From: Christensenellaceae bacterium
GTDB lineage: Bacteria; Bacillota; Clostridia; Christensenellales; Borkfalkiaceae
Assembly: GCA_045534605.1 (NCBI GenBank)
Contig: JAZSKA010000018.1
Location: forward strand, 1,175 to 65,174
DNA length: 64,000 bases
Direction: 5' to 3'
Shown: positions 45,914 to 54,842 of the stretch, one piece after another
How positions within the stretch are numbered: the first letter of the stretch is position 1
Layout of the letters: each line of letters starts with the position of its first letter
Program-made: the position numbers and the translations under genes
The notes under the pieces: model-generated
Told to the model about the DNA's origin: nothing
What the model saw: the letters and a program-made list of their open reading frames with translations, nothing else
The model's database searches: none

Positions 45914-46813
45914 ATGGATATAAACGGATACAGCGTAAGAAACTTTTTAGAATCGGATTCGATAATCTATATTCGCGAGTTATCGCAAAACGATTTGTTT
46001 GAAATTTTACATAACGCAAAAATTTTAAAAACGAGAACTAAGTTCGGCGAAAAAATTAACGACCTAGCAGGCAAAAACGCACTACTTTTAACAAAGCACG
46101 ACCTAGCAAAATTTAGAATTTCTTTTGAAGTTGCAACCCGCTCGCTATCGGGTAACCCAATCGTAAGCCCACTTGCGGGAAATAAAATCGAAGAAGTGTT
46201 ATCAAACAACTACTCGTTAAAAGTTATCGCTCGCTACGGCATTTCTTGCTGTGCGGTTGATACTGACGTTATAACGGATGCAGAAGTTATTTCAAAAGCG
46301 CTCGCACTTCCCGTAGTTAACGCAAACGAAACGGCTGGACCTTGCCAAGCACTTTCCGTTGTTATGACGGTTTGGGAACATTTTTCTAAACTTGCAGGCT
46401 TAAAAGCAACCGTTATAGGCGACTTTACAAAGACTTATCCGTCGATTTTATACACTTTTGCTAAATGCGGTATTGATATAAAACTCGTTTGCCCAAAAAA
46501 CCTAGCGCCAAGCGACGATATTATCGACTATGTCAAACAGTTTGCAGAAATTGAAATTTGCGAAGATTTGTCTTTAGCAATAAAGACCAGCGATATCGTC
46601 TTTGCTTACGAAAACGATTTTGGTGACAGTTATAAAGTTACGCTCGACCTACTTGAAAACGCAAAACCAAACGCAATTTATCTTCAAAACGTAACCGAAA
46701 CTATGACTTCTTGCGACAGCGCCGTTATCAACAGCCCAAAAAGCAAAGTTTTCGTTCAAGGCGAAAACGCAATGCACGTTTTGCGCTCTTGTATAAGTTT
46801 AATATCTAAATAA
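45914..46813 (+). CDS. Aspartate/ornithine carbamoyltransferase-fold protein with degenerate catalytic motifs
   Basis: Aligns by eye to the ATCase/OTCase pattern (FRISFEVATRSLSGNPIV, NANETAGPCQALSVVMTVWEH, ATVIGD). It lacks STRTR, has GPCQ in place of HPxQ, and has no HCLP. ATG at 45914 is preferred over the TTG at 45902. Confidence 0.55.
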   Translation: MDINGYSVRNFLESDSIIYIRELSQNDLFEILHNAKILKTRTKFGEKINDLAGKNALLLTKHDLAKFRISFEVATRSLSGNPIVSPLAGNKIEEVLSNNYSLKVIARYGISCCAVDTDVITDAEVISKALALPVVNANETAGPCQALSVVMTVWEHFSKLAGLKATVIGDFTKTYPSILYTFAKCGIDIKLVCPKNLAPSDDIIDYVKQFAEIEICEDLSLAIKTSDIVFAYENDFGDSYKVTLDLLENAKPNAIYLQNVTETMTSCDSAVINSPKSKVFVQGENAMHVLRSCISLISK

Positions 46814-46824
46814 GGAAAAAAATT

Positions 46825-47403
46825 ATGAATTACGACTTTTTTGCATTTCTATCCCGTATGAAATATATTCGTCGTTGGTGCTTGATGCACTCTATAACCG
46901 ACGAGAACATTATGGAACACACCCAGCAAGTTGCGGTAATTGCTCACGCGCTTGCGGTTATTAAAAATACGTACTACGGTGGCTCGGTAAATATCGAGAA
47001 AACCGTGCTATACGCCCTTTATCACGAAAGTGGCGAAGTAATTACTGGCGATTTACCAACACCTATTAAGTACTTTAACGAAGATATTCGCTCGGCGTAT
47101 AAAGACTTAGAAAAGAACGCTTGCGAAAAACTTTTAAAGATGTTACCCGACGAACTTATCCCAGTTTATAGCGAATTAGTCTTGCCAGACAGCGACACTT
47201 ACGAGTGGAAGATTGTCAAGTACGCCGACAGAATTTCAGCGTACATAAAATGCTTAGAAGAAACGAAAGCAGGAAACAGCGAATTTAAAAAAGCAAAAGT
47301 TTCTATCGAAAAAGATATCCTATCTTTCGACAGTCCTGAAGTTAAATATTTTATGGACAAATTTATCCCAGCCTACAAAAAAACCTTAGACGAATTAGAG
47401 TAG
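46825..47403 (+). CDS. yfbR: HD-domain 5'-deoxynucleotidase YfbR-like
   Basis: FFAFLSRMKYIRRWCLMHS..ENIMEHTQQVAVIAHAL and HESGEVITGDLPTP. Confidence 0.85.
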   Translation: MNYDFFAFLSRMKYIRRWCLMHSITDENIMEHTQQVAVIAHALAVIKNTYYGGSVNIEKTVLYALYHESGEVITGDLPTPIKYFNEDIRSAYKDLEKNACEKLLKMLPDELIPVYSELVLPDSDTYEWKIVKYADRISAYIKCLEETKAGNSEFKKAKVSIEKDILSFDSPEVKYFMDKFIPAYKKTLDELE

Positions 47404-47588
47404 TGTGCCACACTACAACTATATTTGCCTGACGGCAAGTTATATTGCTTTCGCAGTTATATTTTTTATAAAAAGTGTTATTTCCCTTTCGGGAAGTTGG
47501 CAAATATAATATAACTTTAACTTTGTTAAAATATAACTTTTAGATTTACTCTAAAAATATAACTGTTTGCTATGCAAACAATATCACT
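47401..47588 (+). repeat. Hairpin-array element, family B, copy 2
   Basis: It starts at the yfbR-like stop codon. The left arm has linkers CTATATT/GTTATATT/GTTATATT/GTGTTATTT. The right arm has AATATAAC x3 plus AATATCAC. Some hairpins are shared with B1 (tgcctgacggca, tgtttgctatgcaaaca). Confidence 0.85.
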
Positions 47589-47621
47589 TGCTTTTAATTT
47601 ACATTTGGCATTAAAAAAACA

Positions 47622-47653
47622 AGCGGTAATCGCCTTATAGCGCGATTACCGCT
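47622..47653. repeat. 32-nt palindromic repeat, copy C4 (T-variant loop)
   Basis: Identical to C1. Confidence 0.9.
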
Positions 47654-47667
47654 TTAAATTTTCCTTT

Positions 47668-48339
47668 TTATTTAGATGTTTTCTTTAATTGTTTCTTTAA
47701 TTTTCTTTGTTCTTTTTTAGATAACGGCTTATCACCTTCGATTAAAAGAAGTTCTTTATTTTTTTCTAGTTCTGGGGTTTTCTTCTTTCTTGAGAAAAAC
47801 GATTTTATTTTACTTTTAACACCGCTTGCGACTTTAAAAGGCTTGACAACCGCATCTCTGACTTTTAAAAACGGCTCGATATCCTTTTGGAAAGCAGAAA
47901 GAAGAATATCTTTTTGTTTTCTTATTATATAAATTAAAATTTCCGTTACGACTTGGAAAAACCAACCTATAACCATAAACGCAACGAGCAGTAACGAAAA
48001 GAAAGAAACGTTTTCATAAGTTGAATAAATTCCATAGATAGCAACAAACAGAGTAAACATTTTTATTACTATTTTCGACCATTTAGTAATCGTTCGTGCT
48101 TTAAGTTTTACTTTGATAGCAATTTTATTTTTATTGTAGTAAGTTGCCAAAAACACGATAAAATAGCCGACGGTAATGACAAGTAGCAGAATATTTACCC
48201 AAAGTATTCCCCTATGCGTAAAGCAAGCGTAAAAGAGATAGAAGATATTAATTAAATTAGTAGCAATCGAAAAAGCAAAGCCAATTCGTTTAATATCCGC
48301 TAGCATTTTGTTTAAAACTAATTTAGTGTTATCAAACAT
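47668..48339 (-). CDS. Hypothetical membrane protein with Lys-rich C-terminal tail
   Basis: 223 aa with about 4 TM helices. No recognisable family. Confidence 0.55.
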   Translation of the reverse strand: MFDNTKLVLNKMLADIKRIGFAFSIATNLINIFYLFYACFTHRGILWVNILLLVITVGYFIVFLATYYNKNKIAIKVKLKARTITKWSKIVIKMFTLFVAIYGIYSTYENVSFFSLLLVAFMVIGWFFQVVTEILIYIIRKQKDILLSAFQKDIEPFLKVRDAVVKPFKVASGVKSKIKSFFSRKKKTPELEKNKELLLIEGDKPLSKKEQRKLKKQLKKTSK

Positions 48340-48537
48340 AGCCTTGCCCCCTTTAGTAATATTTAAATTTTACACTAATTACAAAAATTCGTCAATAATT
48401 TTTGGTTGTAATTATTTGTAATTGTTTTTGTTATTTGTTTTTGTTATTTGTGTGGGTTAAGTTAATTTTTTATAAAGAGCAAAAATAACAGTTTTTAGTT
48501 AAAACAAGGCTTAAAACCGTATAAAGGAGTATAAAAA

Positions 48538-48792
48538 ATGGATTTATTTACAACGTTTTTATTAGAATTTCTTATAAGTGCAGTCTTATATCTGGCGTTT
48601 CCTATAATTTATAGAGTAGTAAAGGGCGAAAGCATTGAAAAAAAGCCTGCAATAAAAATTGGAATAATAAATAGTGTAATTTGCTTTTTTATTGCTTTTA
48701 TTATAAAAGGCATTATTTTTGACGTACCCGATTATAATATGGTAATTGGCGTAACCTACTATTTTATTTCCTATTTTATTCTAACTAAATAG
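48538..48792 (+). CDS. Hypothetical small membrane protein
   Basis: 84 aa with three hydrophobic segments. AAAGGAG lies upstream. Confidence 0.5.
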   Translation: MDLFTTFLLEFLISAVLYLAFPIIYRVVKGESIEKKPAIKIGIINSVICFFIAFIIKGIIFDVPDYNMVIGVTYYFISYFILTK

Positions 48793-49149
48793 TATAGTGA
48801 AAAGTGAATAGTGAAAAGTGAATAGGTTTTACTTCTTCACTATTACTTCTTACCTTTTACCTTGCTCCCCGCACCCCTTAAAACGCCTTTTTTGTCCGTA
48901 AAAGTTTATGCGTTAAAGATAAGAATAAACTTTTTAATTAGTGTGTTACATATCGGTTATGATTAACTCCAACACAATTTTAAAAGCGCTCGTGAAAACG
49001 AACGCTTTTATCTTTTTATAACGAACTTAAAAGACTTAGAAACAAGCAAGAGAAGGCTCGCTAAGGTTTAGCGGTTTGGATAGACCTTTGCGGTCATCCA
49101 AATTGGGAAACCTTAGCAGAAACGCACTATTGCGCCGTTTATAAGGCTT

Positions 49150-50205
49150 TTAGATTTGTGCAAAATACTTAATAGTTCTTACCATCTGAGAAGTGTAAGA
49201 ATTTTCGTTGTCATACCAAGAAACAACTTGAACTTGGTAAGTATCGTCGTCGATTTTAGCAACCATAGTTTGAGTAGCATCGAAGATTGAACCGAACTTA
49301 GAACCGATGATATCGCTTGAAACGATTTCGTCAGTATTGTAACCGAAAGATTCAGTTGCTTGAGCCTTCATAGCAGCATTGATGCTTTCTTTAGTGATAT
49401 CTTTACCCTTAACGACTGCGATTAAGATAGTAGTAGAACCAGTAGCAGTAGGAACGCGTTGAGCAGAACCGATAAGTTTGCCGTTAAGTTCTGGGATAAC
49501 TAAACCGATAGCCTTAGCAGCACCAGTTGAGTTAGGAACGATGTTCATAGCGCCAGCGCGTGATCTTCTTAAATCGCCCTTTCTTTGTGGACCGTCTAAA
49601 ATCATTTGGTCGCCAGTGTAAGCGTGAACCGTAGTCATGATACCGCTTTGGATAGGATAAGCATCGTTTAACGCTTTAGCCATAGGTGCTAAGCAGTTAG
49701 TAGTACAAGATGCAGCAGAAATGATATGATCGTCTTTAGTTAAAGTCTTGTGGTTTACGTTGTAAACGATAGTAGGAAGGTCGTTACCTGCAGGAGCAGA
49801 GATAACAACGTTCTTAGCACCAGCATCGATGTGTGCTTGAGATTTAGCCTTAGAAGTATAGAAACCAGTACATTCCAAAACAACGTCAACGTCGAGAGCC
49901 TTCCAAGGAAGGTCGTTAGCCTTAGGGCAAGCATAGATAGTAATTTCCTTTCCGTCAACAGTGATAGAACCAGGAGTTACAACAGTCTTACCGTCTTCTG
50001 CTAAAACAGAATCTTTGTAACTTACTTCGTGATTTAAAGCGTAGTTTCCTTGAGTAGAGTCGTACTTAAGAAGATGAGCGAGCATTTTAGGGCTAGTTAA
50101 GTCGTTGATAGCAACGATTTCGTAACCTTCTGCACCGAACATTTGTCTGAAAGCCAAACGACCAATTCTACCAAAGCCGTTGATTGCAACTTTTACATTT
50201 GCCAT
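49150..50205 (-). CDS. gap: Type I glyceraldehyde-3-phosphate dehydrogenase
   Basis: [19 protein letters not shown] and WYDNE. Confidence 0.96.
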   Translation of the reverse strand: MANVKVAINGFGRIGRLAFRQMFGAEGYEIVAINDLTSPKMLAHLLKYDSTQGNYALNHEVSYKDSVLAEDGKTVVTPGSITVDGKEITIYACPKANDLPWKALDVDVVLECTGFYTSKAKSQAHIDAGAKNVVISAPAGNDLPTIVYNVNHKTLTKDDHIISAASCTTNCLAPMAKALNDAYPIQSGIMTTVHAYTGDQMILDGPQRKGDLRRSRAGAMNIVPNSTGAAKAIGLVIPELNGKLIGSAQRVPTATGSTTILIAVVKGKDITKESINAAMKAQATESFGYNTDEIVSSDIIGSKFGSIFDATQTMVAKIDDDTYQVQVVSWYDNENSYTSQMVRTIKYFAQI

Positions 50206-50369
50206 GATAAATTTCTCCTATTTATTCATATAAATTTTTCTATTATTATATATCAATTAAAAATTTTGGTCAATTTTTTTTACGAGCATTTTAGATAGTC
50301 GTCAAACTTTTTTTGCACTTTTTTGCCGTAAAAGTCTAATTTTGTCCAAAAATGCAAATTTATAGTTCA

Positions 50370-51485
50370 TTACTTCAAATTTTCTGGGTTTAAGCACTTG
50401 AGTTCGTCGATAACGAATATACCGTCTTTACGAATTAATCTGTCGTCAAAATAGATTTCGCCACCGCCGTATTCCTTAGTCATAATAAGCACTAAATCCC
50501 AGTGGATTGCCGATTGATTGCCGTTGTCGCAATCGTCGTAGCAACTGCCTGGCGTAAAGTGGATAGAGCCGGAAATTTTTTCGTCGAATAAAATATCCCC
50601 CATAGGGCTTGTTATAAATGGATTTACGCCTAGCGCAAACTCGCCCACGTATCTAGCCCCAGCGTCAGTATCCAAAATCTCGTTGAGTTTTTTAGTGTTA
50701 TTTGCCGTGGCTTCGACAATTTTACCGTCTTTAAACGTAAGTTTTACGTCGGTAAACTTATAGCCTGAATAAGTCGTTGGCGTGTTGTATTTTATAGTTC
50801 CGTTTACGCTTGTTTTAATAGGCGCAGAATACACTTCGCCGTCAGGAATATTCATATGTCCCGAACACTTTTTGCAACCGATATTTTTTATAGAGAAAGA
50901 TATATCCGTTTCAGGCGCAACGATTCGCACCTTGTCCGTCTTTAGCATAAGTTCTTTAAGCGAATCCATAGCCTTATCCATCTTGCCGTAATCAAGGTTA
51001 CAAACGGAAAAATAGAAATCTTCAAAACTTTCCGTACTCATACTGGAAAGTTGTGCCATCGACGGAGTTGGATATCTTAAAACAACCCACTTAGTATTTT
51101 TAACTCTCTTTTCGTGGTGAACTGGGAAGGAATAAATGCTAGAGTAAAGTTTGTTTTTGTCGCTTGGTACGTCGGATAGTTCGTAAGAATTTGCCCCACC
51201 GCGAATACCGATATAGCAGTCCATATCGTCCATTAAATATCCGTCGTACTTTGCCCAAAGTTCCATTTGTTCTTTCGACGTATTCTTTATAAGCGAGCGC
51301 ATAACCTGATGATCGCGAATCCATACGAACGGATACGCCCCAACCTTATAAACTTCATCACAAAGTGCGCCTATAAGCGCGTTATCAACACCAAACGCTT
51401 CAATAAGCACCTTTTCGCCTTTTTGGGCATTTACCGAATAATTAACTAAATTATGCGCCAAAACGCTTATTCTTGGATCTAACAT
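50370..51485 (-). CDS. M29 family aminopeptidase (AmpS/PepS-like)
   Basis: MLDPRISVLAHNLVNYSVNAQKGEKVLIE. ATG at 51485, with AGGAG 7 nt upstream, is preferred over the TTG at 51491. Confidence 0.8.
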   Translation of the reverse strand: MLDPRISVLAHNLVNYSVNAQKGEKVLIEAFGVDNALIGALCDEVYKVGAYPFVWIRDHQVMRSLIKNTSKEQMELWAKYDGYLMDDMDCYIGIRGGANSYELSDVPSDKNKLYSSIYSFPVHHEKRVKNTKWVVLRYPTPSMAQLSSMSTESFEDFYFSVCNLDYGKMDKAMDSLKELMLKTDKVRIVAPETDISFSIKNIGCKKCSGHMNIPDGEVYSAPIKTSVNGTIKYNTPTTYSGYKFTDVKLTFKDGKIVEATANNTKKLNEILDTDAGARYVGEFALGVNPFITSPMGDILFDEKISGSIHFTPGSCYDDCDNGNQSAIHWDLVLIMTKEYGGGEIYFDDRLIRKDGIFVIDELKCLNPENLK

Positions 51486-51587
51486 ACACAAACTCCTATT
51501 TTATTAATTATAAATACATTATACGAATATTATACGAAAAAATCAAACGATAAATAAGTTCAATTTCAAATTTTAACAAAAAAACTC

Positions 51588-51615
51588 TACGCCGTGCAAA
51601 AATTTGCACGGCGTA
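51588..51615 (-). terminator. Intrinsic terminator after the chromate transporter genes
   Basis: 13-bp stem tacgccgtgcaaa / tttgcacggcgta flanked by A/T runs. Confidence 0.7.
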
Positions 51616-51618
51616 ATT

Positions 51619-52191
51619 TTAAAATAATATTATGCCGAAAACGGCAGAGATGATTATTAAAATTATAGGCGAAACGTTTTTCTTTCTTATTTTTTTGAAG
51701 ATAAACGCAAATGCGCCTAAAGCAATCATTAAACCAAGCGATATAAAGTTTATTCCGTCAAGAGAAAAACTCGTCACGTTTGGAATAAAGTTTTGAACTG
51801 CTAAAAATAGTCCCGTCGTGAAAATCAAGCCGACGATTACAGGCTTTATTCCGTCCATAACGCATCTGACCGCTTTATATTCTAAAAACCGTTTAAATAC
51901 GGCAACGATTAAAAGAATAATTATAATTGACGGAGTTATCGCGCCAAGCGTACAAAGTACACCGCCCAAAAAACCGCCTTGACTCGTTCCGATAAAGGTA
52001 GCCATATTGACGGCAATAGGACCTGGTGTAGATTCTGAAATAGCCAAAAAGTTTAAAAACTGTTCTTCTAAGATTCCAAGTTTCGTCGCTTCTTGTTGCA
52101 TAAGCGGTAGCATACCGTACCCACCACCGAACGAGAACAAGCCAATTTTGAAAAAGGTAAAAAACAAATTAAGATAACCAAGAAAAGTCAT
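51619..52191 (-). CDS. chrA: Chromate transporter family protein (short-chain CHR, second half)
   Basis: 190 aa with FSFGGGYGMLP and SESTPGPIAVN. Confidence 0.85.
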   Translation of the reverse strand: MTFLGYLNLFFTFFKIGLFSFGGGYGMLPLMQQEATKLGILEEQFLNFLAISESTPGPIAVNMATFIGTSQGGFLGGVLCTLGAITPSIIIILLIVAVFKRFLEYKAVRCVMDGIKPVIVGLIFTTGLFLAVQNFIPNVTSFSLDGINFISLGLMIALGAFAFIFKKIRKKNVSPIILIIISAVFGIILF

Positions 52192-52193
52192 AA

Positions 52194-52826
52194 CTATTCA
52201 CTCTCCTTTTTATCTTTAATTTCTTCATTTTCAGCGTTAATCGCGCTATTTGCAGGTTTTTCTTTACTTTCTTTACGCATTTTTGGATAATACGCGCAAA
52301 GCCCTAAAACCCCACCGATAAGTATAAAGTAGATAGTCGAAACGTTTTTGCTGAATATATCAAGTAGCAATAAAACGGTTGCAGAAAGTATAATTAACAA
52401 ATAACTAAGCCACGATTTTTTTACGTTTTTGAAAAGCTTAATAGATGCAGAAATTATCAAAACGACAACCGCACACTGAACGCCCTTGAAGGCTTTAGTT
52501 ACAATTTCGTATTCTAAAAATTTAGGAAGCAATACTGATATTAAATATATAATTAGAAAAGACGGCAAAGATACTGCTATGCTTGAAACAATCGAGCCTA
52601 AAACACCGCCTACCCTAAACCCGATATAAGTTGCGCTGTTTATTGCAACTGGACCGGGCGTAGATTCTGCGATTGCAACTATATCAGAAAACTCGTCACT
52701 AGAAACGTAGTTACGCTTTTCGACAAGTTCGGTAGAAATCATTGAAATCATAGCGTAACCACCGCCAAAGGTAAAAAGTCCTATTTTAAAAAAGTCAAAA
52801 AATAGCCGTAAATATTTTTTAAGCAT
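52194..52826 (-). CDS. chrA: Chromate transporter family protein (short-chain CHR, first half)
   Basis: 210 aa with FTFGGGYAMI and AESTPGPVAIN. Confidence 0.85.
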   Translation of the reverse strand: MLKKYLRLFFDFFKIGLFTFGGGYAMISMISTELVEKRNYVSSDEFSDIVAIAESTPGPVAINSATYIGFRVGGVLGSIVSSIAVSLPSFLIIYLISVLLPKFLEYEIVTKAFKGVQCAVVVLIISASIKLFKNVKKSWLSYLLIILSATVLLLLDIFSKNVSTIYFILIGGVLGLCAYYPKMRKESKEKPANSAINAENEEIKDKKESE

Positions 52827-52881
52827 TATTTCATCTCCAACCTTGGTATACTTAGTATATCATAATTTACGGCTAAATGCA

Positions 52882-53163
52882 ATGATTTGAAGATTTTATC
52901 TTCATGATTTGAGCGACTGTCGTCGCTCGTGATTTGAAAGCCTTGCTTTCATGATTTGCAATTTGAAAACAAATTGCATTATGGTCGGGCAGATTTTTCT
53001 TTGAAAAATTGCCAACTTAACATTTTATATGTTATTCACGGAACGCAAAAGCGTTCGCGACCACAATGAAAAAACTTGTTTTTTCAAATCATGCAACTAA
53101 AAGTTGCAAATCATGCTAACTGTCAAGTTAGCAAATCATGCAAGCGCAAAGCTTGCAAATCAT
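52882..53163 (-). repeat. Hairpin-array element, family A, copy 2 (inverted relative to A1)
   Basis: The architecture matches A1. There are 4 x [ATGATTT/GTGATTT + hairpin] at 52882-52977, a homologous core containing gaacgc-aaaa-gcgttc, and 4 x [hairpin + AAATCAT] at 53068-53163. The last base overlaps the TGA stop of the spoIVFB-like gene. Confidence 0.9.
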
Positions 53164-54005
53164 CATCTTTTTATTTCATTTTTTAGCGTAGAGTATAAAT
53201 TTGCAGACGATAAAAGTTTTTGAGTTTTTACAATATCTAGCCGAGTTTTAATTTTGCCGTTATCGTCAATAACTACTATTTCGCAATCTTTCGAGCCAAC
53301 CACTCTATAAACGTCTAAAATTTTTGAATTCTCGTTTATTGCCACCGTTTCCACCCTTACCCCCGTATCAAACCGTTTTAAAGAAAAGTCGTTGTAAATG
53401 CGGATATAACTGTTTGTATTTGACTTTGTAAGCACGCCGAAAATCATAAACAGAGAGAAAAATAAAATACTTAAGTTAAATGCGGTAAAACACGAATAAA
53501 CGAACAGCCCAAACAAGCAAATCCCTAAGAATAAGCCGATTATCCGACAAATTTTTAAAGCAGTCGACCTTTTCAAATACAAAGATAGCGTAGCAAGCAG
53601 CACCCTTCCCCCGTCAAGCGGATAGCAAGGTAAAAGGTTGATAAAAGCAATCGCTAGATTAGTTGAAACGATAACGTCGGTATAGGCGTATATATCTGGT
53701 ATAAGCCACCAAAGCGCGGTAAAAAATATAACGATAAGTAAGTTTGTGACTGGACCTGCGAGTGCTATAAAAATTTCGTCTTTATACCTAAGACTTACCA
53801 TATCCCCGCTTATTACCGCGCCGTAAGGCATAAGAAGAATTTTGTCGAGTTTATAGCCGTAACGCTCGGAAACCAAAAAGTGTCCGAACTCGTGAAGAAG
53901 TGCGGATATGAACATTATTAAAAAAGAAAATACTTTGCCGATTAAAGCAAAGTATATTCCAAAGAGAAAGAATAACGGATGGATAATCGGTTTTAGCTTT
54001 GCCAT
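53163..54005 (-). CDS. spoIVFB: M50 site-2 protease, SpoIVFB-like
   Basis: LLHEFGHFLV, NLLPCYPLDGGR and a C-terminal CBS-like region. Preceded by a SpoIVFA-like gene. Confidence 0.75.
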   Translation of the reverse strand: MAKLKPIIHPLFFLFGIYFALIGKVFSFLIMFISALLHEFGHFLVSERYGYKLDKILLMPYGAVISGDMVSLRYKDEIFIALAGPVTNLLIVIFFTALWWLIPDIYAYTDVIVSTNLAIAFINLLPCYPLDGGRVLLATLSLYLKRSTALKICRIIGLFLGICLFGLFVYSCFTAFNLSILFFSLFMIFGVLTKSNTNSYIRIYNDFSLKRFDTGVRVETVAINENSKILDVYRVVGSKDCEIVVIDDNGKIKTRLDIVKTQKLLSSANLYSTLKNEIKR

Positions 54006-54712
54006 ACGATTGAACCGTCTGCTATAGTGTAATTTGTCAAAAGAGTATTATCGTTATACATTAAAACTTCGCAACTATCCCCCGAAAAACATACGGGAAC
54101 TGCTTCGTATACCGTTTCGCCAATATCAAAGTAAGCGTAGTCTGCATTTCTTATAATAGTCTTAAAGCGGTCGCTGTGAGAAATGGTTACGGTATACTTT
54201 CCGTCACCTTCAACAATTTCTTCGATAACGCCTAAGCACGGTGCGTAAATTGAGCCACCGCTAGAAACAGTCATAACGCCTTTTTCAACTTCTACTTGAC
54301 TAGCCTTAGACGGAGCGAACGCTTGGAACTCGTAGTATTCTCTCGCGTCTTCAGTTTGAGCGTCGTTTGCAAAAACGCCCTTTAAAAGAGTGTTAATACC
54401 ACTGTCTTCCCAGAAAATATTCGTTACCATAATGGTTACGATCAAAACGAAAATTGCAACAACCTGCGCCGATATAATATCAAAAGAAAATTTCTTTTTT
54501 GGCTCGGTTTTTTCTTCTTCTTTTACGTTTTCAGGTTCGATTACTTGCTCTATAAGCGTGTTATCTTCATTTTTTAGACTTTTGTTTACTTTTTGAATTA
54601 CTCTTTTTCTAAGGTTCTTTTTTTTGCGTTTTTTCGGAAGAACAACCATTTCACAAGTAGAAACGGGAATTTCAATCATTTCTGCGTATTCGCCACCTGA
54701 CATATCTTGCAC
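53993..54712 (-). CDS. spoIVFA: SpoIVFA-like membrane protein with degenerate LytM/M23 domain
   Basis: 239 aa with a basic N-terminus, one TM helix, and a C-terminal beta-rich domain lacking catalytic His motifs. Overlaps the M50 gene by 13 nt. Confidence 0.55.
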   Translation of the reverse strand: MQDMSGGEYAEMIEIPVSTCEMVVLPKKRKKKNLRKRVIQKVNKSLKNEDNTLIEQVIEPENVKEEEKTEPKKKFSFDIISAQVVAIFVLIVTIMVTNIFWEDSGINTLLKGVFANDAQTEDAREYYEFQAFAPSKASQVEVEKGVMTVSSGGSIYAPCLGVIEEIVEGDGKYTVTISHSDRFKTIIRNADYAYFDIGETVYEAVPVCFSGDSCEVLMYNDNTLLTNYTIADGSIVWQS

Positions 54713-54768
54713 CTCACTAATTACTTCAATAAATTAATATGCAAAACTTTTACCAAATATTACAAAAA

Positions 54769-54834
54769 AGCCAAGCAAATTTTTGCTTGGCTAAAAATTA
54801 TTAAAATAAGTCGCGCTTAAACTTAGCGCGACTT
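54769..54834 (-). terminator. Two tandem intrinsic terminators after the LRR lipoprotein gene
   Basis: agccaagca/tgcttggct (54769-54792) and aagtcgcgct/agcgcgactt (54808-54834). Each has a T-run on the minus strand. Confidence 0.7.
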
Positions 54835-54842
54835 TGAGTTTT

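Noticed and set aside
42135-47588. Similarity of linker words (TATCACT, AATCACG) to omega-repressor WATCACW heptads
   Set aside because: Omega heptads are contiguous 7-bp iterons. Here the words are 18-27 bp apart and most copies carry TATAACT or AATCATG mismatches. This is probably coincidence.
27591-53163. Calling families A and B bona fide MITEs or transposon ends
   Set aside because: I found no target-site duplication at either A copy: the flanks are aaaaa / tctaa and aatgc / catct. No transposase gene is in the window. The variable hairpins argue against purely protein-binding terminal repeats. I kept this as one hypothesis only.
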